A model generated the notes under the pieces. That model had not been told where the DNA came from and ran no database searches. It saw nothing but the letters and a program-made list of their open reading frames with translations. Shown in pieces: positions 28,629 through 38,373 of a stretch of 64,000 bases of DNA. The stretch is taken from NCBI GenBank assembly GCA_963796395.1, contig CAWCLM010000004.1, positions 54,666 through 118,665 on the forward strand, given 5' to 3'. Each line of letters begins with the position of its first letter. Positions within the stretch are counted from its first letter, which is position 1. Source of the DNA: Sulfurovaceae bacterium. GTDB lineage: Bacteria > Campylobacterota > Campylobacteria > Campylobacterales > Sulfurovaceae. The translations under genes and the position numbers were made by a program.

Positions 28629-30071
28629 TTAAAAGCTATATGAGATGTCTACGAACAACATATCGTTGTCTTTCACAGCATCAAACCCGAAAGATCCTCC
28701 TATGTAATCAACAACACCAAAATTTGTATTGACCCCTTCACCGAGTTCATACTTTACCCAAGCCCTTTGAAAGCCGCCTTCATCAAACTTCTCACCAAAC
28801 AAAGTAAGTAGATAGTTTGCTGTAAGTGTTGCATTCATAAAATCAGAGCTTACACGAAATGCATGTTGATAACTCTGTTTATTTAATGGATTAAGTTCAT
28901 TCAAAAGTCTTTCATCATATTCACCTATATCTCTGTATACTGTATCAAAAGAGATCAATGTATCTGCGATACCTTTATATTCAAACCCTAAAAGCAGATC
29001 TCTTCTTGTGAACTCATCATCGCCCGTTGTTGTATACTTTAGTCCATCAAAATATGCAAATTCTGTTTTAAAAAGCCAAGAGCCCGTTAGGAAATTCAGT
29101 GCAGTACCAAACATATTGACTTTGTCATGCTCCCTGATTGGTTGAGGAGTAACTACAATATGACCTTCATCATCATGTATCCGCGCAGCATAAAGATTGA
29201 TATCCCAGCCTGTAAACTCACCCCCGACCGAGAGAGCATAGGTGACATCAGAGTACTCTTTATCATCCGGGGCCGGAATAGGCAGAGGATAAAATACTGA
29301 CCCAAAAGGAGGTCGTTTAGAAAAACGTTGTTCAAGGATGGCTATAGGTGTAACGCGCCAATCCCCAATGAAATAATCAAACTTTGCCATAGTCACTGGT
29401 AGGCGCAAATCTTCTATATCTACCATGCCCGGACGACGGTTATCTAAAGGATTCAATACATCTGTAACACGTATGGTATCAGATCGACCCCATACAACAA
29501 CCTGACGCCCTAGTTTCATATCGAAATTATCTGTGAGACTTCCCTCAATGTATGCATCAAAAAGCTCAACTTCGCTTCTTAGTTCATCTAGTTCATCTTG
29601 AGAAAACTTGTCACTACCTTTGATGTCATAGATAGCATCATAATACGCCTTACCATTGATCTTGAATTTAAAGCCATTTTCAAATTTGTGTTCATAGTCC
29701 AATAAAAGTGAACTTTTAAATGAAGAGATATTATCATGCGGTTTATCCGTATAGAGAGCATAGACTGCCTGCTGTGTGATTTTTCCGGTAAATCCGGGAA
29801 CATAGTTAGAAGCCTCTTCTATACTTTCCATATTCTCTTCAGTACTATCTTCAAACCCATCTAACAGTTCTTCACTGCTGCTCTCTTCTTCCACACTTAC
29901 AGCCGGTGTATCATCAAAACCTTCCAACAGTTCATCTTCTACACTCTTCTCTTCTGACACATTCGTAGAACTATCCTCAAATCCAGCCATTGCATCGTCT
30001 ATCTCATCTGCATGAGTATTAATACTCAAAAGAATAATAGCTGTAAAAACAGATAGACCTATGCTTTTCAA
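28629..30071 (-). CDS. DUF1302-like putative outer membrane beta-barrel protein
   Basis: 480 aa with a signal peptide, an acidic N-terminal repeat region, the motif LGRQVVVWGRSD and a C-terminal aromatic residue (..ISYSF). Confidence 0.55.
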   Translation of the reverse strand: MKSIGLSVFTAIILLSINTHADEIDDAMAGFEDSSTNVSEEKSVEDELLEGFDDTPAVSVEEESSSEELLDGFEDSTEENMESIEEASNYVPGFTGKITQQAVYALYTDKPHDNISSFKSSLLLDYEHKFENGFKFKINGKAYYDAIYDIKGSDKFSQDELDELRSEVELFDAYIEGSLTDNFDMKLGRQVVVWGRSDTIRVTDVLNPLDNRRPGMVDIEDLRLPVTMAKFDYFIGDWRVTPIAILEQRFSKRPPFGSVFYPLPIPAPDDKEYSDVTYALSVGGEFTGWDINLYAARIHDDEGHIVVTPQPIREHDKVNMFGTALNFLTGSWLFKTEFAYFDGLKYTTTGDDEFTRRDLLLGFEYKGIADTLISFDTVYRDIGEYDERLLNELNPLNKQSYQHAFRVSSDFMNATLTANYLLTLFGEKFDEGGFQRAWVKYELGEGVNTNFGVVDYIGGSFGFDAVKDNDMLFVDISYSF

Positions 30072-30072
30072 C

Positions 30073-30873
30073 TTACATACCCTTTTCTAGTCTACGTGTC
30101 GTAAACATAGTGTCATTTATCGGCTTATTCAGTTTTTTATTCGTAAACTTTAAAATAGTTTTATGCTGAGTACTTTTACCTTTTTTGGTAGTCATCGTCA
30201 TCTCGTCTATCAACCATACACCACCTTGCTTGTGAAGCTTTTTAACATCAAGGTATTTTTTCTTATTGCTCTTCATAAACCCTATAGAACGAACTACTAC
30301 ATAATTATCCTGTCTTACCAATGCTATGCTTTTGGTATATCCAGACTCTTTGACCACTTTGGACGTACGAGGTGTTGCTTCTATCATCCATGCTTTTTTT
30401 CCTCTTACTTCTGTCTCTTTAAGCAGTTTAAAGTCATAGTCTTCCAGGTCTCTATCAGTCATATCATAATAGGAAAAATCCGAACCCATAAAACTTGAAC
30501 TCTTATCTGAAGTGGGGATACGTTTTACTTTTTTTAGTGCAGGAAGATAGAGCCACTGATCATCATCTTTGCTTGAATCATCATAATCATAGGTTAGAAA
30601 AGATGTATTCTTCACATCTGCAGGACTTTTAAAGAACATAATACGATGTTCATCTTCTCCAAAATCTTTCGCATAAGATTTGATATCTCTATTTCTTTTT
30701 TTTCCATTTTTATCTATAAGGACCATGAGCATATCTTGTTCCAATGTTTTTCCATCATCCCTGGCATCGACCTTTTCCATGATCGCTCTAGCCTTTGGAT
30801 CATCTGCTAAAAGACTGCTTGTCATAAATGCAAATCCTAAAGTACACGTAAGTAATAGTTTTTTTGTAGTCAT
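30073..30873 (-). CDS. LolA-like 'outer membrane lipoprotein-sorting' protein
   Basis: 266 aa with a signal peptide. The QWLYLPALKKVKRI..SSFMGSDFSYYDM block is characteristic of this family. Confidence 0.65.
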   Translation of the reverse strand: MTTKKLLLTCTLGFAFMTSSLLADDPKARAIMEKVDARDDGKTLEQDMLMVLIDKNGKKRNRDIKSYAKDFGEDEHRIMFFKSPADVKNTSFLTYDYDDSSKDDDQWLYLPALKKVKRIPTSDKSSSFMGSDFSYYDMTDRDLEDYDFKLLKETEVRGKKAWMIEATPRTSKVVKESGYTKSIALVRQDNYVVVRSIGFMKSNKKKYLDVKKLHKQGGVWLIDEMTMTTKKGKSTQHKTILKFTNKKLNKPINDTMFTTRRLEKGM

Positions 30874-30887
30874 CTGTTCTCCTTTAA

Positions 30888-33293
30888 TTATTTTATCCAG
30901 CCACGTTTCGCCACAACTATCATGAGTGCTGGCGCAAGTAAAAGGTCTGCCAAAAGCGCCATGATGATCACGGAACCTGTGAGCAATCCAAAATTTTGTA
31001 CTGAGATCATATTTGCCATCATATAAGCATAAAAACCTAATGATAAGACTATGGTAGTGATCACCATCGCTTTACCTGTAGTAAAGAATGTCTGCTCTAT
31101 GGCTTTTGCACTGTCACCACTCTGTAGGTAGTATCTTCTAAAGTTGTGTAGGAAATGGATCGTATCATCCACAGCAAGTCCTATGGCTATGGAACCGATA
31201 AGCAGTGTGAACATATCTAATGCTATGTGCCCATAATACATCAGTAATAACCCTAAAATGATCGGTGTAAGGTTTGGTATCATACTTAACAGCCCCAAGC
31301 GTACAGAACCCAGAATCAGCATCATCATCAAGGAAATACCTATAAAAGCGATAAAATAACTGGTGACAGATGAGCTTACCGCATGGGAAAATGTATTAAT
31401 AAGAAGTGGTATCATCCCCGTAGTAATGACTTCCTCATCTGGAAAAGTCCTTGTTGCTTCCTCTTGTACATACTCTAGAAGCTGTGTAGCACGTACAGCA
31501 TCTGTCCATGGCGCTTTAATACTTATACGTGCTTTGGAAAACTGGCTGTCCACCACATCCTCAAGGTCATCAGAACCAGAGTTCTCAAACAATAACAACT
31601 CCTGAGAAACCAGATCAGCATTGTCTGGTATCGTGTAATACGCTTCATTATTTTCATGCAACGCTCTATTGGTCTCTTTTACGATCGTTGCAAGTGAAAC
31701 CACTTTTCCTATATGAGTGTACTTATCTACATACTGTTCCATCTGGGCAGAAAGTTTGTTGAGTTTCTCCAGTCTGACAGGATCATTCCATCCATTCTCT
31801 TCACCCGTATCTATGATCAACTCAATAGTCACAGAACCGTTGAGTGTTTCATCAATAGTTTCTGTAGAGATCCGGTCATAGCTGTCAGGCTGGAACCATT
31901 TAAGTGGATTATGCGAAAGCTCTATCTTTGTTGCAGCAAACAATGCCACTACGATCAATACAATACTTCCTGCAATGATACCTTTGTAATGGTTTACAGG
32001 AATGACTGCAAGTTTTTGCATCACCGTGTCCAGTTTATCTTTTTGCGTTTTTGTCTTCTGTTTCATTTTAGTAGCACTTAAAAGTGCAGGAAGCAGTGTA
32101 AGCGTTAAGAACAATGAGATCATGACCCCAAGTGAAGCAAACATACCCAGATCTGAAATAGGCGCTACTTTGGAACCGGAAAATGACCCTACACCAATTG
32201 CAGTCGTGACAGAGGTCATAGCAATGGCCAGGCCAGAGTGTCCTAGTGTATACTTTATCGCCTCTCTCTTGTCTCCAGTCGTATTGAACTTATCGAAAAA
32301 TATAGAGAGTACGTGTACGGTAGCACCGATACTTACAGCCAAGAGAAGTGATGGTACGATCTGTGTAGGAAGTTTAAAGGCTACCCCGCTCCACGCCATT
32401 GTACCCACAGTTGCTAAGAGCGATAAAATGATCACCATAAGCGGATAGAAGACAGCTGAAGCACGTCTGAACATCACAAATAAGAATACAAGTATGATAA
32501 GGAATGTAATACGCATAAACTTTTGCATATCTGCCTGCATCTGAGACTTGAGTGCGTGATTAACAGAAGGAGAACCAGCCACAAAGATCTCAAGGTCTTC
32601 TTTTTTATACTTTTCAACGATGCTTAATACTGCTTCGACCAACTGTGCATTTTCTTTATCGGTTAAAAATGCTCTCTCTTTGGTTTCATCTGTTGCATTA
32701 GGTATATCGTCTTCAAAACCTTCATCAAAGGCATCCACATCTGACACCTCTTTCTCACCCTCATGAGAGTAGGCATCTGTCTCTATGACCAGTGTGGTCA
32801 TCTTTCCGTCTTTACTGATAAATAGATCTTTATAAAAGTGTGATGCCAGGGCACGCTGTTTTATAGCAGCAACTTCTTCTTGTGTAGTAGGAAAAGGTTC
32901 AAGTAGATCATCGGTAATAAGCTGATCTCCCTCACCTCTGGTATTTCTTACGTTATAGAGTGAGGTGATGTCATCTAAAAAAGGGACATTTGACTCGATC
33001 TCTTCGTGTAGGGATTTAAGTGTCTTAAAGAACTCCAGGGTAAAGATATTTTCACTTTTTAGCGCGACAATGACACGTTCATCACGTCCGAACTGTGCCC
33101 TAAACTCATTATATTCCAAAAGTACAGGATCATCATCATGCATAAACCCTTCTGTAGAAGTGTCCATTTTGATCTGTGGTACATGAGAAAGGGGAAATGC
33201 CAAGAGTGCAAAAACGACAACAATGACCTTCAAAGGATTATCATATATAAATGCTCCCATTCTTCCCATGAGATTCTCTAGTTTATTGTGCAT
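30888..33293 (-). CDS. MMPL/COG1033-type RND superfamily exporter
   Basis: 801 aa with two 6-TM bundles, each preceded by a large soluble loop. This is the SSD-like topology typical of HpnN/MMPL-type exporters. Confidence 0.8.
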   Translation of the reverse strand: MHNKLENLMGRMGAFIYDNPLKVIVVVFALLAFPLSHVPQIKMDTSTEGFMHDDDPVLLEYNEFRAQFGRDERVIVALKSENIFTLEFFKTLKSLHEEIESNVPFLDDITSLYNVRNTRGEGDQLITDDLLEPFPTTQEEVAAIKQRALASHFYKDLFISKDGKMTTLVIETDAYSHEGEKEVSDVDAFDEGFEDDIPNATDETKERAFLTDKENAQLVEAVLSIVEKYKKEDLEIFVAGSPSVNHALKSQMQADMQKFMRITFLIILVFLFVMFRRASAVFYPLMVIILSLLATVGTMAWSGVAFKLPTQIVPSLLLAVSIGATVHVLSIFFDKFNTTGDKREAIKYTLGHSGLAIAMTSVTTAIGVGSFSGSKVAPISDLGMFASLGVMISLFLTLTLLPALLSATKMKQKTKTQKDKLDTVMQKLAVIPVNHYKGIIAGSIVLIVVALFAATKIELSHNPLKWFQPDSYDRISTETIDETLNGSVTIELIIDTGEENGWNDPVRLEKLNKLSAQMEQYVDKYTHIGKVVSLATIVKETNRALHENNEAYYTIPDNADLVSQELLLFENSGSDDLEDVVDSQFSKARISIKAPWTDAVRATQLLEYVQEEATRTFPDEEVITTGMIPLLINTFSHAVSSSVTSYFIAFIGISLMMMLILGSVRLGLLSMIPNLTPIILGLLLMYYGHIALDMFTLLIGSIAIGLAVDDTIHFLHNFRRYYLQSGDSAKAIEQTFFTTGKAMVITTIVLSLGFYAYMMANMISVQNFGLLTGSVIIMALLADLLLAPALMIVVAKRGWIK

Positions 33294-33406
33294 TTTAACC
33301 CTTTTTTTTCGACATAGTACACTTCGGAGCGTGTAGTATGTATGTATTCTATTATCTTATTTTGATTATTAAACTAAAATCCTCTTCGAACAGCAAGAAA
33401 AAAGGG

Positions 33407-36400
33407 TTAAACCGTACCTTTTTCATACCATTTTCTAAGCCATGCATCCATAGGGTACATGATACGATAAATAGCAGGAACCACTAAAAGTGTTAAGATC
33501 GTTGAACTCAAAAGTCCTCCGATGATCGCCAATGCCATTGGTGCATTACTCTCATGCCCAGCTCCGGTACCGAATGCCAAAGGAAGCATGGCTCCTATCA
33601 TCGCAAAAGTGGTCATGAGAATGGGTCGAAGTCTTTTTTCACCCGCTTCAAGAATGGCTTCATTTACCTCTTTCCCTTCTTTGATTGCCTGGTTCGCAAA
33701 GTCAACGACCAAGATCGCATTTTTACCTACCATACCAAGCAAGAGAATGATCCCGATCATGACAAAAAGACTAAAGTTATTCCCCGTCAAATAAAGTGCA
33801 ACGATCACACCGGTAAATGACAGTGGCATTGCTACCATGATAATAAACGGTTGGATGAGAGACTCATACAATGCTGCCAAGATCAGATAGATCAAGATCA
33901 CTGCAAGCAAAACAGCTGCACCAAATGCGGCATTGGTATCAGCCATATTCTCAATATCTCCAGTATAACGATAGTTATATCCTGCAGGCAGTATCTCTCC
34001 TATTTTGTCATCCACCACTTTCATAACAACATCCAAACTGGTTTCATAGATACCTGTTGTTACCATTACTTTTCTTTCACGGTCAAAACGGTTAATAGAG
34101 GATGTACCTGTATCTTCTTCAAAGCTGATCAATCCTTCAAGTGAGACAAACTCGCCATCACTGTTTTTAACCTGCAGTTTTTTAATATCGTCTATATTGT
34201 TACGATATTGATCTTCAAAACGCAAGGTAATATCAAACTCACGCCCATTCTCTTCATAATATGAAATAGCTCTATCACTGGAATACGCACTCGAGAGGAT
34301 ACCCGCTAACTCATTAGCACTGACCCCGGCACGCTGTGCATTTTCTCTTAAGATATCTACTTTGATCTCAGGTTTGCCACTCTCATAATCTCTATCAATA
34401 CCTACTACACCTTGCGTCTCTTTCAAAAGATCCATCAACTTTTGTGTAGTTTTGTTAAGGACATCAAGGTCTGCCCCTGTTACAACGATCTGTACGGGTG
34501 CATTACTTGCTCCTGTATCAAATGGTGCAACCTCTTCAACGGTCACAACCATCTCATTGATGGTTTTAAATGCATTGGTATACTGCTGTACTACGTCTTC
34601 TTGTGAAATACTACGCTCTGCTACCGGCTTGAGCTTCGCATAGATCTTAGCTTTATGGATCTCCTTGGCACTGTTGTATCCAATGGACAATACCGAATAT
34701 TCTATATTCTCATCAGCCTCCATTTTCTTAAGCATAGGCTTCATTTTTTTCTTCATCTCTTCCAAACTTGTTCCTACCGGTGCTTTGGTAAATACTTGAA
34801 ATTCACTGTTGTCTTCCATCGGAACAAAATCCATACCTGTGGATAGTTTAGTTGAGGCAATCAGTAATCCGATCGTCACCATAATGGTGATCCATTTAAA
34901 ACGAATCAACGGTTTAAGTATGGCTACATACGTTTTGTCCAATCCTATAAAAAATGGCTCTGTCAGATGAAAAAATTTGCTCTGATCTGCACTTAAAACC
35001 CGTGCTCCGACAGTAGGAATAAACATCACTGCAACCAGATAGGAAAGTACGATACCCGCAGCTACTGTCATAGCAAAAGAGTTAAAGAACATACCTACAA
35101 TACCATCCATAAATGCCACCGGTACAAAAACTGCAAGTAAGACGGATGAGATCGCCAAGATAGAAAATGATACCTCTTTGATCCCTTCAAACGATGCTTT
35201 AAAAGGTTCCATTCCTTCTTCCATCTTTTTGGTAATATTTTCAATAACAACAATCGCATCATCAATAAAGATACCAATTGCAAGTGTTAGTCCTATAAGT
35301 GTAAGTTTGTTTAAGTCATATCCCATCCAGTCAATAATGGCAAATGTTCCAATGATAGAGGTAGGGATTGCCAGTGCTGATACAAGTGTAGCTGTGACAT
35401 TTCTTAGGAAGAAAAAGACAATAATGATCGCCAAGATAGACCCGTAGATAAGGTCAAATGTTACATTGTTGATATTCACCATGATCTTATCACTTTGATC
35501 TTGAAGCAGTTGTAGCGTGTAATTCTCCCCGGCAATTGTTTCAAGACGAGGCATCACTTCTTTAACACCTTTGATGATATTAAGTACATTTTCACCGGAG
35601 ATCTTTTTTACTTCCAGCATCACACCCTGATTACCATTATAAGTAGAGTAACTGCTACTGTCGCTCAAGCCATCTTCCACTCTTGCAACATCTTTTAGCT
35701 TAATCCCTGGCTTAAGTACCAATGCTTGAAGATCCTCAACACTGATAGCATCTGCTTTCACTTTAATGATGGTCTCTTTTTGCTCACTTATAAGCTTACC
35801 GGCACCTTGATTGATATTTTGCGCCGCAACTATATTTTGAACATCTAGTGCTGTTAGATTATATTTATTAAGTTTAAACGGATCTACAAAGATACGAATT
35901 TCTCTGTCTTGATACCCGATAATATTCACTTCACCAACACCTTGGATCCGTTGGAGTATTGGCTTGATCTTTTCATCAGACATTCGCATGAGTGCTGTAG
36001 TATCCCCCGTTTTCGTAGCAATAAAAAGGTTGATCACTGCTCCACTTGCACCCAATTTTTTTACGATGGGCTTCTCAACTTCATTAGGCAGTAGAACAGA
36101 GCCTATTTTATCACGAACATCATTGGTCGCCTCATCAATATTTTTAAAAAGTTCAAACTGTACGACCACTGAAGAAAATCCTTCATAGGAAGTTGACATC
36201 AGTTTATCTATCCCATCGATTCCACTGATCGCTTCTTCAAGTTTATCCGTTACTTTAGTCTCAACAGTACTTGCATCAGCACCATTATAATTTGTTTGAA
36301 TGGTTACAACAGGAAAGTCTACATTAGGAAAAAGATTCACAGGCATTGTTGTGTAAGACATCAATCCAAATACAATGAATGACAATACTCCCATCAATGT

Positions 36401-36436
36401 TGTTATGGGTCTGTTTATGGCAAATTTATACATCAT
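33407..36436 (-). CDS. AcrB-type RND multidrug efflux permease
   Basis: 1009 aa full-length AcrB architecture, with N-terminus MYKFAINRPITTLM.. and TM4 GIFIDDAIVVIENI. Confidence 0.9.
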   Translation of the reverse strand: MMYKFAINRPITTLMGVLSFIVFGLMSYTTMPVNLFPNVDFPVVTIQTNYNGADASTVETKVTDKLEEAISGIDGIDKLMSTSYEGFSSVVVQFELFKNIDEATNDVRDKIGSVLLPNEVEKPIVKKLGASGAVINLFIATKTGDTTALMRMSDEKIKPILQRIQGVGEVNIIGYQDREIRIFVDPFKLNKYNLTALDVQNIVAAQNINQGAGKLISEQKETIIKVKADAISVEDLQALVLKPGIKLKDVARVEDGLSDSSSYSTYNGNQGVMLEVKKISGENVLNIIKGVKEVMPRLETIAGENYTLQLLQDQSDKIMVNINNVTFDLIYGSILAIIIVFFFLRNVTATLVSALAIPTSIIGTFAIIDWMGYDLNKLTLIGLTLAIGIFIDDAIVVIENITKKMEEGMEPFKASFEGIKEVSFSILAISSVLLAVFVPVAFMDGIVGMFFNSFAMTVAAGIVLSYLVAVMFIPTVGARVLSADQSKFFHLTEPFFIGLDKTYVAILKPLIRFKWITIMVTIGLLIASTKLSTGMDFVPMEDNSEFQVFTKAPVGTSLEEMKKKMKPMLKKMEADENIEYSVLSIGYNSAKEIHKAKIYAKLKPVAERSISQEDVVQQYTNAFKTINEMVVTVEEVAPFDTGASNAPVQIVVTGADLDVLNKTTQKLMDLLKETQGVVGIDRDYESGKPEIKVDILRENAQRAGVSANELAGILSSAYSSDRAISYYEENGREFDITLRFEDQYRNNIDDIKKLQVKNSDGEFVSLEGLISFEEDTGTSSINRFDRERKVMVTTGIYETSLDVVMKVVDDKIGEILPAGYNYRYTGDIENMADTNAAFGAAVLLAVILIYLILAALYESLIQPFIIMVAMPLSFTGVIVALYLTGNNFSLFVMIGIILLLGMVGKNAILVVDFANQAIKEGKEVNEAILEAGEKRLRPILMTTFAMIGAMLPLAFGTGAGHESNAPMALAIIGGLLSSTILTLLVVPAIYRIMYPMDAWLRKWYEKGTV

Positions 36437-36439
36437 TTC

Positions 36440-37138
36440 CTACTTTGTTGTAATATATCCATCACCAAAAAGTCCAACAGGAAAGTGCTCCGCTTTCACT
36501 TCTGCTGACATCTTTCGTGATTTTGAATCAATGGTTGGGTAGATCTTATAGATCGTTCCGGTATACGTAGTATCATCTCCATCGACTTTGTATTTAAAGC
36601 TGTCTCCCACTTTAACTCTTTTATGATATTTTTGATCGAATTGCAAAACAAGTTTTCTCTCCTTCAGACTTTGAATGTCGAAAACCTCTGTAATCATCTG
36701 GCCGCTCACCACATCACCGACTTCAACCTTTTTTGCAGTGATAAGACCATCAAAAGGCGCACGTAGATAGGTTTTGTCTAAAAGTGTCTGTTGATATTGC
36801 AGTTGTACTTTGGCATTATCAAATTTATAAGCAAAACTGTCAAAGAGGGATTGGTTGATGTGCTGTTTGACCTTCTCTTGTCTCTCAAAGTCACTTTTGG
36901 CATATTTCAAAGCGACTTTTGAAACTTCTACCATTGCTTTGATATCTTCATTAAGCAACTCTGCCAATAGTTCATCTTTTTTTACGATCGAGCCGATATC
37001 CACGTTCATTTTCTCAATGATCCCACTGCTGCTGAATGCCAAAGAAGCACTCTTTTGTGCTTGTATATCAAACGTAGCATAGATCTCTTCTGCATTTAAC
37101 TGTAATAGTGCAACGATTAAAAATAATGTCTTCTTCAT
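36440..37138 (-). CDS. RND periplasmic adaptor (MFP), unusually short
   Basis: 232 aa with a signal peptide, lipoyl halves (..GIIEKMNVDIGSIVKKDELLAEL.. / ..APFDGLITAKKVEVGDVV..), a short hairpin and a beta-barrel. It ends without a membrane-proximal domain. Confidence 0.75.
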   Translation of the reverse strand: MKKTLFLIVALLQLNAEEIYATFDIQAQKSASLAFSSSGIIEKMNVDIGSIVKKDELLAELLNEDIKAMVEVSKVALKYAKSDFERQEKVKQHINQSLFDSFAYKFDNAKVQLQYQQTLLDKTYLRAPFDGLITAKKVEVGDVVSGQMITEVFDIQSLKERKLVLQFDQKYHKRVKVGDSFKYKVDGDDTTYTGTIYKIYPTIDSKSRKMSAEVKAEHFPVGLFGDGYITTK

Positions 37139-38373
37139 CTAATAAACTCCTTGGGGTCTTTCCCTGCATAATAGTAATAGATCGATTTACCGATCTCATA
37201 ATCAAATAGTGTCTCTTTATAGCGTGATTGTGCCAGTGTTTTTTGTGTTAGTGCATCCAAAAAAGCGATATTGTCAACCAAGCCTACTTCAAATTTCTCT
37301 TTAAGCACATCATACGTACTTGTTGCAGCGCGCAGTGCACTCTTTGCACTTTTAAGTCTCGTACGTATAGTCTCTAAACTTTTTTCAGAGAGATGAAAGT
37401 TCATCTCTTGTTCATGCTCAGCATATTCGATCTCAGATTCTAATGCGAGCTTCTGATACTTCACTGCTTCACTCTCTTTAGAGATTCTTCCATGATCAAA
37501 AATACGCATATTGACTGAGAGCGTTAAGGTGTTTTGATGGTCATCTAAAAGATCAAAACCAGGCATTGAAACCGTATCATCATAATGATACTTATTATAG
37601 GTATCTGATAGCCTGACCTGTGGTCTATTGCCTGCATTAATCGCATTGGCATTTTCACCTATAGCATTGGCGTTGGCTTGAAGTACTTTAATCGTTTCAA
37701 ACAGTTCAAATTCTATATTCTTCGGTTCTTGAAAATAGTTTCTTTTTAACGTTTTAACCGGTAATCCACTGAGAAGTTGTAGATTCTTTTCACTTCTTAA
37801 AATCTCCAACTTGGTATTGGCCATCGTATAGTTGTTGCTGTCATACTCTGCTTGAAGTTTATCTACATCCTCTTGTGTGGAAAGTCCTGCACCCTTAAAC
37901 TTTTTGACACGTTTGATCTGTTCTTCCAATTCGGTAGAACGCTCTTGTAATGCACCTAATGTGGCTTTGAATTTTTTCAAACCATAATATTGACGTACGA
38001 TCTGAAGTGTAATGCTCTTCTCAAAAGCACCCTTTTCAAAAAAAGCCGCCTCTTCTTCAAAACGCTTCGCATTAAGCAAAGCACTTTTTCTACCGCCGTC
38101 ATAAAGATCTACACTTACCATTGCATACGCAGCTGAAACCTCTCCGGGATTGACTATGCTGTTAGGAGAAATATAGCTTTGAGTTGCACCTATATCTACT
38201 GTAGGCCAATATGCACTCTTGGCAGCATCAACTTCTTTTTGCTTCGCTTTAATACTGATCTCTTTTGATTTGATCAGTTTATTCTCTTTATTGGCATGCT
38301 CTACCAATGTTGTCAAAGCATAACTCTGCGCAAAAATAGATAAGGGTACAAATAGTCCCAATAAGATCTTCAT
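37135..38373 (-). CDS. TolC-family outer membrane efflux protein
   Basis: 412 aa with a signal peptide and two structural repeats of long helical and beta segments. It overlaps the MFP start by 4 nt. Confidence 0.85.
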   Translation of the reverse strand: MKILLGLFVPLSIFAQSYALTTLVEHANKENKLIKSKEISIKAKQKEVDAAKSAYWPTVDIGATQSYISPNSIVNPGEVSAAYAMVSVDLYDGGRKSALLNAKRFEEEAAFFEKGAFEKSITLQIVRQYYGLKKFKATLGALQERSTELEEQIKRVKKFKGAGLSTQEDVDKLQAEYDSNNYTMANTKLEILRSEKNLQLLSGLPVKTLKRNYFQEPKNIEFELFETIKVLQANANAIGENANAINAGNRPQVRLSDTYNKYHYDDTVSMPGFDLLDDHQNTLTLSVNMRIFDHGRISKESEAVKYQKLALESEIEYAEHEQEMNFHLSEKSLETIRTRLKSAKSALRAATSTYDVLKEKFEVGLVDNIAFLDALTQKTLAQSRYKETLFDYEIGKSIYYYYAGKDPKEFIR

